Source of the DNA: Camelus dromedarius
Taxonomy: Eukaryota
Reading direction: 5' to 3'
DNA length: 64,000 nt
NCBI RefSeq assembly: GCF_036321535.1
Contig: NC_087437.1
Span: 37,326,001 to 37,390,000, forward strand
Below are positions 53,001 to 64,000 of this stretch, one piece after another. The position numbers were made by a program, and so were the translations under genes. Position 1 is the stretch's first letter. Every line of letters begins with the position of its first letter. Under the pieces are notes generated by a model, which worked only from the letters and a program-made list of their open reading frames with translations, searched no databases and was not told the origin of the DNA.

Positions 53001-53434
53001 TGAGCTTCATGTCCATTTTCATGCTTCCTTTTGCCTTCCAGGTTGTTGGTCTGGAGTAACTCAGAACCATTTGTACAAAGTGGCTGAGAAACATTTTGCC
53101 CTATTTTACAAATTGTGCAATCCTGAAAATTGGATACATAGATAGATCTATCTAGATAATGCATTCAAGAAATATGACTTGGATAGTCATTTAATGGACA
53201 TTGAGCATTAGAATTGTCAGTAGTTTTATTTCTATTAAAATATTTAGTAAGATTTATACATTTTCAAAATTCAAATTTAAATATTCAATATTAATTATTT
53301 TTATTTAAAATGTATACTCAATTAAAACTTCTATTTTGCCTTTTAATATTGATAGATCATCTGAGAACATTAAGAACATTTTAAAAAGCTTAAGAATATT
53401 TTATTTTTAAATCTTTTAGATTATTATTTTTAAT

Positions 53435-53835
53435 TGTGGTTTAGGCAAGCTTCTTCTTGACCATAAGGTGCTGACCTCCCTCTCATTTTGGTGATCACAG
53501 AATCCAAATGGCCTAAGTACAGAGATTTCTGTTCCACCCTTTAGAAAATACGTAACTGTGAATTATTTCTTTGTCCCTTTGAGAGGTAAATCTCTTTAAA
53601 AAGCCTCTTGCCAATATTACACCCCAGGCTGTACTTCTCAAAGACCTGGGAGCCATCTCTTTGAAATGTAATAATCAAGAAAGATGGAGCCTATATTTAC
53701 CAATCTATATAGAAGGACAGAAGCCCAACTTCCTCTGGTATCAAATTGTAAAGCTACCGTCTGCCATGAAGTATATGAACATTTACTTTTCCCTTGGGTA
53801 AGGATAATCAGCAAACACAGAGGCCTATGATGCAC

Positions 53836-53912
<77 letters not shown>

Positions 53913-54052
53913 GCCAGCACTTTGAAATTCTCCACCCTTTGTTTTACTAGAGAGGAATGAAGACTGTTCTGGTTTCCCTCCTCAATTACAATACTTTGAA
54001 TGAAGTCTTCCTTGTCTTTTTAACTTTGTCCAGTATAATTTCTGCTTTGATG
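53435..54052 (+). mobile_element. ERV1 solo LTR (MER34/MER39-like)
   Basis: ttgtccctttgagaggtaaatc...cttctcaaagacctgggagccatctctttgaaatgtaat...taactttgtccagtataatttctgctttga. Confidence 0.8.
53836..53912. repeat. Compound (CT)n(CA)n microsatellite
   Basis: CT run 53836-53881 followed by a CA run to 53912. Confidence 0.95.
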
Positions 54053-55989
54053 TGATTATCACCAGTCCATACACAAATCACAATAAATGTAACTGTCTTT
54101 AATAAATTTGAAGTTTGCAATGTTATTATTATATTTTTAATTTTGTCATAATAAGGTTATATTTGTCAAGATAAAAGACATGTTTTATTTAATAATTTGT
54201 TAGCATGATTTATATTTTTAAGCATTAAGACATATGATATGAAGTTCTCACGGGCCCTGAAAATACTACATGTGAGTCTATTTTAAGATCCATGAACTTT
54301 CATGTTAATCTATGAATTTCTCAATAACAATGCAATTAAAAATGTTTATCTTGAAGAATAATTTAAGAGACACAAGAACAATTTATGTAAGAGTTTTGTA
54401 CAAAGGGAGTATGGGGAATGCTGCTTGTAATTCTGATTAAATCCTGATTTAGCCAGGGGCTACAAACAGCTGCATGCCTTATTGCTGATGAGATACCTAC
54501 AATAAACTGCTTCCCTTATCTTCACAAAAGGAGTTTATTAAAAAATAAAGCTCTTTTTTATGCCAACCATAAAAAAGGTTGGTTTCAACACACAAAAAAA
54601 TTCCCTAAAGTATATTAACAAATCTGAATGGTTTTGAAAACTATGGTTTTTCTTAATTTGATTCTATTCTTATCAAAATTGAAATAGTATTCTGTGTTGG
54701 AGACAGTTTTTCTCATCTACTGATATTATCTGTATTTGCTTGTAAAATAGTACTGATATTCTCCCAACGCCCAACCCTGAAAATTTCCTTAGATATAAAG
54801 GATATAAAAGAAGAGCAGGAAATTCCATAGATACTCAAGCAACTCAAAAAATTGAATATATGTTATATAATGGAGAGCTTTATTTAATTCCTTTTATACA
54901 AAGTTAGCCTTTGAAAATTACTGCTAATAATCATTACTCAGGGATGTATATTATTTTATTAAAATTGAAGTACATTAGTGTGGTTCACAAGTGTTAAGAT
55001 ACTAAGTTTCGCCCCAATGACCAGCATACATCATAGGTATAAACTATTAAAACAGACACTTGGAAAATTAGAAAAATTGTCTATTATTTAATGGAAAGGA
55101 TTCTATTTAAACAGATATTAGTACTTTCATAGAATTAGTTATAATATAAAGATAATTTTTATACTAGTATTGACATACTGTTTAAATATCATCACTGGTT
55201 CATGATGTACATTTATAAAGAGCCTTCTTGTTACAAAGTTTTTTACAAAGTTAGCTAACATGTTGCATTTCAAATATTGTTTATTTGGATAATATATTTC
55301 AGGTCAATGTCAACAGGAAAATCATGCATTCTATAAACTTTTTTGAGTCATCATTTAAAAACTGTTTTACTGGTCCCAAAACACATTCCTAAAACTTGTG
55401 GTCTCATAGTGTTGTAATATAATGTACCAGAATAGACTTCAGTGGTGTGCATAATCTTGGAATATTTTATTATTAAAAACAAGATGCCTGATGACACCAT
55501 GGAAGTGGTATCAGCCTCAACCAAACCTTACACTTGGAGAGAAACTTTTGTAAAAATCTTTAAAAAAAAAAAATCCAATGCCATAAAAATTGCAATAATG
55601 ACTTCAAGTTCCTCCTAATCTCATCCTGTTCCCATCAGTCAACCCCTGAGAGCGTTTAAATCTGTCAAATGCCTAACTGGGCCACAGAAAGAGAAAGAGG
55701 TATAGATTTCCTATCCTGCATTATGGTGCACTAAGTTTCTGTTAGACTATTAAACTTCCCTGTGGTTAACCTCTATAATGTTTGGAGTTCATACTATTTG
55801 TATTCACACCATGTGCAAAAGAAAGTGAGAATTAATACACAGGCTACACCTTATTAATCTTAAAATTTGTAATAACAAATATTTGTTTAAGTCTATTAGT
55901 CCCTTCAGAAGAGAAGGATAAGTAAACATTAGATAGCTATTATTATGTCATAATTGATGTATTTGGAAAGAAATATGTCTGGAGAGAGA

Positions 55990-56165
55990 AAGCAATATAG
56001 TGTGAGAATTAAGCACATTTATTCTAGAGTTGATCTATCTTAAATGACTTCTCCCCTGCTTGTTCCTGATCTGTAATATGGAAATAACAATAATTTTGCC
56101 TTGGTAGATCTGTTGTGAGAAGAAAACTAAGCAATACATTAAAAGTGGTAAGAAACTGCATGGTG
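55990..56165 (+). mobile_element. MIR SINE (degenerate)
   Basis: gcaatatagtgtgagaattaagcac...cctgatctgtaatatggaaataacaataa...tgttgtgagaa. Confidence 0.6.
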
Positions 56166-58509
56166 AAGCTCTTACTATGTTATGTGGATTTTACAATATA
56201 TTTTAATGTTAATAAAATCATGACAGGTTATTCAAAATAGGGGAAAATTATGTCTATTATATACAATATCCTTTGTTAAGCATCATCTTAAATATTGTCT
56301 TTGATCTCAAAATACAGCTGTAAAAATTTTATTCTCTATGTTTCTGATTGTGACTTTTTCGATATAAGCTTTTTAATTTATGGCATGTTGAATTGTTCAT
56401 CACTTCTTTTAGGTGTAAGTCAAAAAATTAATGTAGAACTCTTTCTACTGGTTCCATCTTACCAAAAAGGTACTGCCATAAATAACTTAAGAACATATGC
56501 CACATCTGCACAAAGGAAAAGTACTTAACGAGAATAGAAAAATATATATGATTTACTGAAGCTGAAAGCCCCCTCAATTTCATGACTATTTGAGCATGAA
56601 AATTGCTTAAAAATATTTATGGTTTCAAATGAATAGATTCTAGTCAGGGATGCAAATTGCAACCCAGGGGACCTTACAACTTATGAAAGTTTATAACTTA
56701 CAGACTCTGGCCTAGAAATGGAAAAAAAAAAAAAAGGATTCAGTATAAGTATTTATTCCTAAAGTACAATTCAATTAACAATGCAGACATTTGAGAATGG
56801 GTGTCAAAAAAGAAAAAAGAAACAAAAAAAACTATACCTAGTCTTCAAAGAGCTAGCTTACAGTAATGTTTATGTTTAGTATACATTAAATTAATCAAGT
56901 AAAGATTACTCTTCAACTCCCTAACAAAATTTATATACAGACAGACACATACACATAAACATACACATACATATACTCTTCATTAAATAATTGCCAAATA
57001 TATTAAACTAGAGTTAATGGTAATGAAATCCAAACATAAGAAACTAAGGGAGGCTGGAAATAGAAACACAAAATGCTTTGGATTTGTTCCCAAAATATGA
57101 AGTCAGTCATTGGGAAATGGGAAATGTGCAGCCTCATTACCAATGATAATTACCTAAAAGAATAGTGTCACTATTAAGCAAATGAAGCATCTAAGGCTCA
57201 AAAGGGCAGATGGTTTGAGGTCTATCACATGGTCTCTTCCAAAAAAATCTAAATAGAGTGGAGCAAAATATGTATATGAAAAGTCCATCAGATGTAACCA
57301 TGGCAGAAGTTCATTAACTTGTACACCAGGAGTTTCTAAGTCATGAAAATTTTGGTACTGGTAGTGGAGACAAAAATGGGATTCCTATTGAATTTCTTCT
57401 AGTAATTAGCCCTAATTAAGAATTGGAGCTGGTGTATCAACTCTATTGTGCTAGACTTGAAAAAGGCCAGGCAATGGACTTGGCTTTCAACTAGTCAAGC
57501 CATGGAGGAAAAAATTAACAGGAGAGATAATGTATAATTCTTTGAGTGGCAAAGAAACCAGGGATATAAATCTTTAAAACATGAAGACAGCATTTTCTGT
57601 ATCCTTAGTATGAAATTCTTTGCAGGAAGCCAAGATAATGAATGACCAACCACGCTGGTACATATATGGGCTGAGCCTAACTGCAGAAAAGACTACCAGA
57701 GCAGTGTTTTCCTGTCATTAGGTCAACATGAACAGATGTTCATTTGGCTGTAACTTTTCTACAAAAAGCTTCCTTCCCAATGAAGGAAAGAATTAAAAGG
57801 GTCCAAATGTATTATAATAACTCACTGCTCCTAGGTTAAAAAACAAAAAGAATCCAGAATAGTAAATCCCGTAACAACAATGAAAAAATATGAATGATTC
57901 ACACCTTTAAAGTGCAGTAACAAAAATCCAAGAGCTGTAGCTGTTTTAATTTCTGGAACATTTTTTTTTACCAGCCAGCAAATTATTCAAAGAATGTGAA
58001 ATACTAAGGGACCACCTTTGAAACACATGGTGAACTACCTGTGCTATCTAGTACCTCTGCTGCCAGAATCTACTGAGTTAAGTGGATGGGTCCAAGGCTG
58101 GTGGCTTTCCATTTCTGAAGACTAAATCTGGCTGTAGACACTGCATGTAAATGTTAAAATACAAGTCTGTTGCTGCCATTGCCTTGGATGCACCTCAATA
58201 GGCACAAGGGATAACAATTTCCTGGAGTGCTTCTTGTGGAAACCTGGTGCAGTGGATCTTACTTACTTACAAGTAAAGTTAAAGGCACAGATAGTAATCT
58301 TATATTACTTACTATTATCCTTCCCTTTTGGAGCTTGCTCTAAGAATATCTACCTCTCTGATCTCACTGAAGCTACCCATGTTGGAAGACAAACACTGAT
58401 ACTGTGCTTTATTTTGTTCCTCGTGTACTACAATTTTGAAATAATTCATGCGTAAAACTGCATGATGAATAAAATATTAAAAACTCATCTTCACACTACC
58501 TGCTGAAGA

Positions 58510-58539
58510 TGCAAGATTACGCATTGCAAGATTACGCAT
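58510..58539. repeat. Perfect 15-bp tandem duplication
   Basis: tgcaagattacgcat twice. Confidence 0.9.
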
Positions 58540-58739
58540 AGCCCTGAAGCTGCTTCCCTCCCCTTAAGCTGAGAGGGATGTGTGAAAAGAGTAAGGTATT
58601 TAGCATTAAAGTTGAATAAGGTGTTCCACCTCACTAGGTGTGTCTCTATATTTTTACTTTATTTGTTTGTAAACTTAAGGAATACGTAGACTTGTTTTAT
58701 AAAATGGAAACAAATAGTATTATAATTTATAATTTTAAA

Positions 58740-59370
58740 TGTGATTTTTGGAGGGTTAGCCATTTTTGTACATATGTCTTTTATTTTTTGCTATTTTGTA
58801 TAAAATTTCAGTGTGTTAATATACTATGATTTACATACCCATTTTTCATATAACAAATATGTTGGTGGTTTCTAACTTTTAACTATTAAAAATGTTGTTA
58901 TAAATATTTTTATATATGTATTTGTGTGTATGTTTAAGAGTGATTCTATGCTTTAAATCTAGGACTAGAATTACTGGGTCGGAGAGTATCAAAATCCCTA
59001 AATTTTGACAAATTGCTTACCAAAATTTTTGTACTGCACTCTAGAATTTGAGTTTCATTGTTTTGCTACATTTTCAACATTTTGTACTGCTGAACTTCAT
59101 AATTTGGAATCATAAGTTGTCTGAAACAGGATCTCTTAGTGATTGATTTTTGAATTGCCTGAAATGGAATATTTTTCATGTGTTTATTAACCATTCAGAT
59201 TTCTTCTTCTCTCACTTGCCTTGACACATTTTCACCCATTAACTTTATTATCAGATTATGAGAGAATGACATATATAATGGATAATAATATTTTATTATT
59301 TAGATGTGTTATCAATCTATTCATTAGGTCAGTGGCTATGGTTGTCTATGATGTCTTTATAATATAATCA
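58740..59370 (-). mobile_element. Old L1ME-like fragment
   Basis: aaatctaggactagaattactgggtc...caaattgcttaccaaaa...tttttcatgtgtttattaaccattcagatttcttc is antisense L1. Confidence 0.65.
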
Positions 59371-59734
59371 AATTTAACACCCTAACACACAAGTATTCTG
59401 AACCACCACAGTATTTTAAAATTTAAATTGCAAATGCACTTGAGATCAGGAGTGTGCTAACAAGTTCTCAGGGAACATTTATTATCATTACTATTTCATG
59501 CAAAGCTCTTACTGAAACAGCTGAGTTTTTGTTGCAATGCTTTCTTTTATAGCCTCTTTCTTGAAGTAAATTTACGCTAGTCCATTTTTTAGCTAAGAGT
59601 TAAATCACTCAACTGATTTTATATAAGAGTCTCAGTTCCACCTTTTCACCAAGCTCCGGGCTAATCAAGGCCGTTGGGTTATCCTGGTAGGATAATTAAA
59701 TGCAAAGGATATAGGAAATCTGGTTATTTAAATT

Positions 59735-60240
59735 TATTCTTCTACTCATTCAGTAAATATTTATAGAGTGTCTATTATGGACTAGGAACTGTCTGGGAAA
59801 ATGTTCAAGAAAGTAATAAAGTTTCCTACCTTTGCAGAGCTCATATTCTAGTGCTATGTTATGGAACATAAATAATTAATATAGCACATAAAATATATAC
59901 TATGTTAGAAAGTATTCAGTAAAATGAAATAAATATACAGCAAGGGATACTGGCATGGCAGGATGGGGAAAACTTGCAATTTAATTAGTGAAGTCTAGGT
60001 AGTTCTCATCAAGAAAGCAAAATATGAACAAAAACTTGGAGGTCAGCGGTCAGTCATGCAAGGGAAGAACGTTCTAAACAGAGAGGAAAACCAATGCCCT
60101 GAAGTGGGAGCAGGCTGTGTTAGAGAAACAAGGAGGTCTCTGATTTCCAATGGATGAAGTCAGGGGGAGTAAATAGAGATAATGTAAGAAATAAGCAGAT
60201 CAGGGGGAGTTGTTTAATGCCTTTAGGGCTTTGCTTTTCA
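59735..60240 (-). mobile_element. L2 3' end
   Basis: tcattcagtaaatatttatagagtgtctattatggactagg...cctacctttgcagagctcatattctagtg. Confidence 0.8.
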
Positions 60241-60299
60241 GTCTCTCCTCTTTTTTTTTTCAGTATTTTTTTAAGTAAACTTCTTATTTTCCTTTAAAT

Positions 60300-63200
60300 A
60301 AAAGAAAAAAATAAAGTGACAAATTATTTAAGTTAATATTTATCTTAGAGAGGGCTTAAATTTACAGAAAATTTGGGAAGATAGAAGATCCTCATGTACC
60401 TTAAACCCAGTTTCAATCCTATCGAGAGTAACACATTTCATTTAGTCTTCATATCTCTTTGGGTTATTCTAAGCTGCTTCAGTTTTTCAGACTTTCCATA
60501 TTTTTGATGACTGACAGTTCTAAGGAGTACTGGTCATATATTTTGTAAAATGTCCTTCAGTTGGGATTTGTTTGATGTTTTCCTTATGATTCAATTCAGG
60601 ATATTATTGGGAAGAAAACCACAAAGATGAAGAGACATTCTCATCCTGTCACATCAAGGGTACCTACCATCAGCATGAATTATTACCTTTGAGGTTAATC
60701 TTGGTCACTTGGCTCTAGGTAGCATTTGTCAGATTTCTCCATTGTGAAGTTACTCTTCTTTTCCTTTTGCAAACTATACTCTTCGAAATGAAGTCTCTAT
60801 GTACAGTCCATACTTAAGCAGTGGGGAGATTTGCTTCCTTGTAGGCAGTATACCCACTTAAGTTATTTTGAATTCTTCTACAAGAGTGAGTTGTCTATCT
60901 CCCCATTTATTTATGTATCTAATCTTTTATTTGTATCAGCATAGACTCAAGAATGTTTATTGCATCATTTGGGTTCCAATTCAACTAATTTATATGTTTG
61001 TTACCCAAACTTTTTCAGCTTTGGTCACTGGAGCTCTATCAATTGATTCCTGTGTGCATTTGACATAACCCCTATGTATGTAAATGCTTTAACTTTTTTT
61101 GGCACTAGAAGTTTCTCCAGGCTTATCTTGTGCATGTCTTATCCCAATCCTACAAACAGCTGTATCTCCAAGGGGCCCTATTTCCTTTAATTGGAGAATG
61201 TATTTAAAACCAAGATATAGGTGCTAGGTGTGCTTATTGCTACTGGGGTGTCATTGCTTCTAGGCCCTCTCAGGTGACAAAGCAAGGAAATATATGTTTA
61301 TTGTTTTTACCAAACTATACACACACATATAAATATATCACACAAATATCAATACATATATATAAAACATCTTTTATATTAGTATCTGCAACTCCCATTA
61401 ATACTACGTGTATTATCTTAGCCTTCTTTAAACCTCCACTCTAACAGTGAGAAACTTAGCTCCTATCCATCATCCATTACTCCATTGTTCAATTCCAATG
61501 CATACATATAGCAGTAGTAGAATTCTTAACCTGCATTCTTATCAGACACAAGTTTGTCAGCTGGAGCACAGTGTTTATACGCAGCTATGTTTGCCTTTAG
61601 TCTTACAGACTCCACTCATTTAGAGAGTTACTTTGTTCAGCACCTTTCTCCCCACTCCCTTCCTTGAAGTTGTTTCATAAGTTTGCAATACATTTACACA
61701 TTTTTATTACATTCTGCATTACATTCTGTCATCCACTGACATCTTAAATGATATTTTAAAATTTGCATACATTAAGAATCACTCTTTTACTGTAAAGCAC
61801 TGAGTTTCAACAAATGCCTAGTGTCATGTATCAGTGCAGTACCACACAGAAGACTTTTTCTACTCTAAAAATTCCCTTGTGCTTCAACTGTTCAATATTC
61901 CCTCCCCTGAGTTCCTGGAAACCACTGATCTGTTTACTGTCTCTACATACTTGTCTTTTCCAGAATGTCATATAAATGGAATCGTAAAGTTGATAGTCTT
62001 TTCATACTGGCCTCATTCACTTAGCAATACACATTTAAGATGTCTGATATAGTAATGTATACCTTCCCTCTTTTTCAGTTCATTAGCCTGGCTAGGATTT
62101 TATGAATTGTACTGATTTTTTTTCCAAAGAATTAACTTTTGGTTCCTTTGAATTTCTCTATTTTTTCCTATTTTCAGTTTTATTGACTTCTGATCTAACT
62201 GTATAATTTTCCTTCATCTGCTAGATAAATTACTCTTGATACTCCTTGATTCTGTGAGGTGAGAGATTAGGTCATTGATTTTACATATTTCTTCTTTTCT
62301 AATACTTGCATATAATGCTGTAAATTTCACTCTAATCACTGCTTTCACTGCATTGCACAGTTTTTGATAAGTTGTATTTTTGTTTAGGTCAAAATATTTT
62401 TAGATCTCTCTTCAGACTTCTTTGAATCATGGCTTATGTCAAATTGTGTTATTTAATTTGCAAATATTTGGGGATTTTCCAGCTTTCTCTCTGTTATTGA
62501 TTTCTCTTTTGATTACATTGTGATCTGGGAAGATACTTTATATGGTTTCTATTCTTTCAAATTTGTTATTGTGTATTTTATACCCCAGAATGTGGTCTAT
62601 CTTGGTTAATGTTCTATGTGAGTTTGAGAATAATGTGTTTTCTGCTGTTGTTTGATGCCATATCCTATAAATGTCAATTAAATCAAAATGATTGATACTG
62701 TTGTTCAAGCCATTTTTATTTTTAGAGATTTTCTGCTTCCTTGATCTTTCAGTTACTGACAGAAAAGTGCTTAAGTCTTCAACTATAATAGTAGATTATC
62801 TATTTCTTCTTTCAAATCTATCACTTTTGCCCTGCATTTTGACACTCTTTCTAGGTCCAGAAATGGTTAGGATTATTATGTCTCTTGAAGAATCTATCCC
62901 TTTATTATTATGTAATGCTCTTCTTTATCCACTATAGTCTTCCCTGTTCTAAAATCAGTTTTCTCTAAAATTAATGTAGTGACACTGACTTTCTTTTCAT
63001 TAGTGGTATATTCTTCACCAGGCTCTTGTTTTTTCAAATATCTTAGTCTTTATTACTACAGTGGATTTCTCGTGGAGAATGCACAATTGGATCTTATTAT
63101 TTGTTCTTGTTTTCTAATCTACTCTAACAATTTCTGTCTCTTTAATTTGCATGTTTAGACAATTCACATTCACGGTGCTTATTGATATGGTTGGATTAAT

Positions 63201-63860
63201 ATCTACTGAGTTTGTAACTGTTTTCTATTTGTTGCATTTGTTTGTTGTTTCTTTATATTCTCTTTTTCTGCCTTCTTTGGTTTAATTGATCATTTTATAT
63301 GGTTCCATTTTGTCTATTCTTTTATCTTATCAATTTTACATCTTTATTAAATGTTCTAGTCTTGAAACAACACTCTACATTTTTATCTTCAAATAATACT
63401 ATATAATTTCATATGTAGTACAGGCACCTGATAGCAAACTATTCCCTATTCCTACCTCTTACCCTAGTGACACGTCTGTCATTCATTTCACTTTTCCATA
63501 TGCTATAATCATTCAATACATAGGTTTTATTATTACTTTAAGTTATTTTTAGAAATAACATGAATTACAAATAGGAATATAAATGATTTTATTTATGCTC
63601 ATTTTTTTCTGTCTCTGATGCTCTTATTTTTAAAACCTAATATCATTTTACTTCTGCTAGAAGAAGATCTTTTTAGCATTTCTTCCAGTGCAGCTCTGCT
63701 GGTGCTGAGTTTTATCACTTTGTCTAAGAAAGTCTTTATGTCGTCATTATTTTTGAAGGATGATTTTGCTGGATATAGAATTCTATGTTTTGCTGTGTTT
63801 TTTCCCCCAAACCTTTAAATATTTTATGCTACTTGTTTTCATTTGCATCGCTTCTGACTA
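60300..63860 (-). mobile_element. L1MC/L1MD-type LINE (3'UTR, then ORF2 endonuclease and ORF1 remnants)
   Basis: 3'UTR motifs aggagtactggtcatattttgtaaaatgtcc and ggccctctcaggtgacaaagcaaggaaatatatg; EN region ccagaatgtggtctatcttggttaatgttc...gtttgagaataatgtg; ORF1-like ttttgaaggatgattttgctggatatagaatt. Confidence 0.85.
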
Positions 63861-63869
63861 CCTGTGTTT

Positions 63870-64000
63870 ACTGACCGGTGCTCACTGAAGTTAGGCTTTA
63901 CCTTTCCAGAAAGACTGGAAAATAGGGGTACTATCTTTCCTGATTTCAAAAGGTTGGCTCCCAGAGAATGTCTTTCCCTTGAGAAAGACAGTCTTCACTT
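63870..64000 (-). mobile_element. MER34-like LTR fragment (runs off the window end)
   Basis: gaagttaggct...aataggggtactatctttcctga...ggctcccag...ccttgagaaagaca is the reverse complement of motifs in the 53435-54052 LTR. Confidence 0.65.

Noticed and set aside
53230..54290. DNA transposon surrounding the MER34-like LTR
   Set aside because: Only a vague resemblance in AT-rich sequence; termini could not be defined.
43..63818. The ORFs in the supplied six-frame track as protein-coding genes
   Set aside because: All are 122 aa or shorter and compositionally biased, many lie inside L1/LTR remnants, and none has a recognisable domain. Only 22120-22371 has real homology, as part of the RPL19 pseudogene.

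Overview
AT-rich, CpG-poor mammalian genomic DNA, intergenic or deep intronic. It is very probably from a camelid (alpaca/llama/camel), judged from a tRNA-Ala-derived SINE resembling the camelid Vic-1 family at 37111-37225 and from young camelid-type L1 3' ends. I found no intact protein-coding gene: the listed ORFs are short and mostly fall in decayed repeats. The only recognisable gene-derived sequence is a full-length, disabled RPL19 processed pseudogene (21916-22580, +). The rest is a mosaic of old eutherian repeats (L1M, L2, MIR, MaLR/ERVL/ERV1 solo LTRs, Tigger/hAT MITEs), younger L1/SINE insertions with target-site duplications (TSDs), microsatellites, short tandem duplications and a few repeat-free stretches that may be regulatory. 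I see no convincing novel multi-gene system. The most unusual items are: a TSD-flanked chimeric retro-insertion joining an L1 fragment to an mRNA-like 3'UTR (8453-8840); a poly(A)-only insertion with a TSD (3819-3853); an old unit-LTR-unit-LTR duplication (31668-33265); an inverted pair of young L1 3' ends; and two candidate minus-strand non-coding exons. Repeat family names come from recalled consensus sequences, not from a database search.
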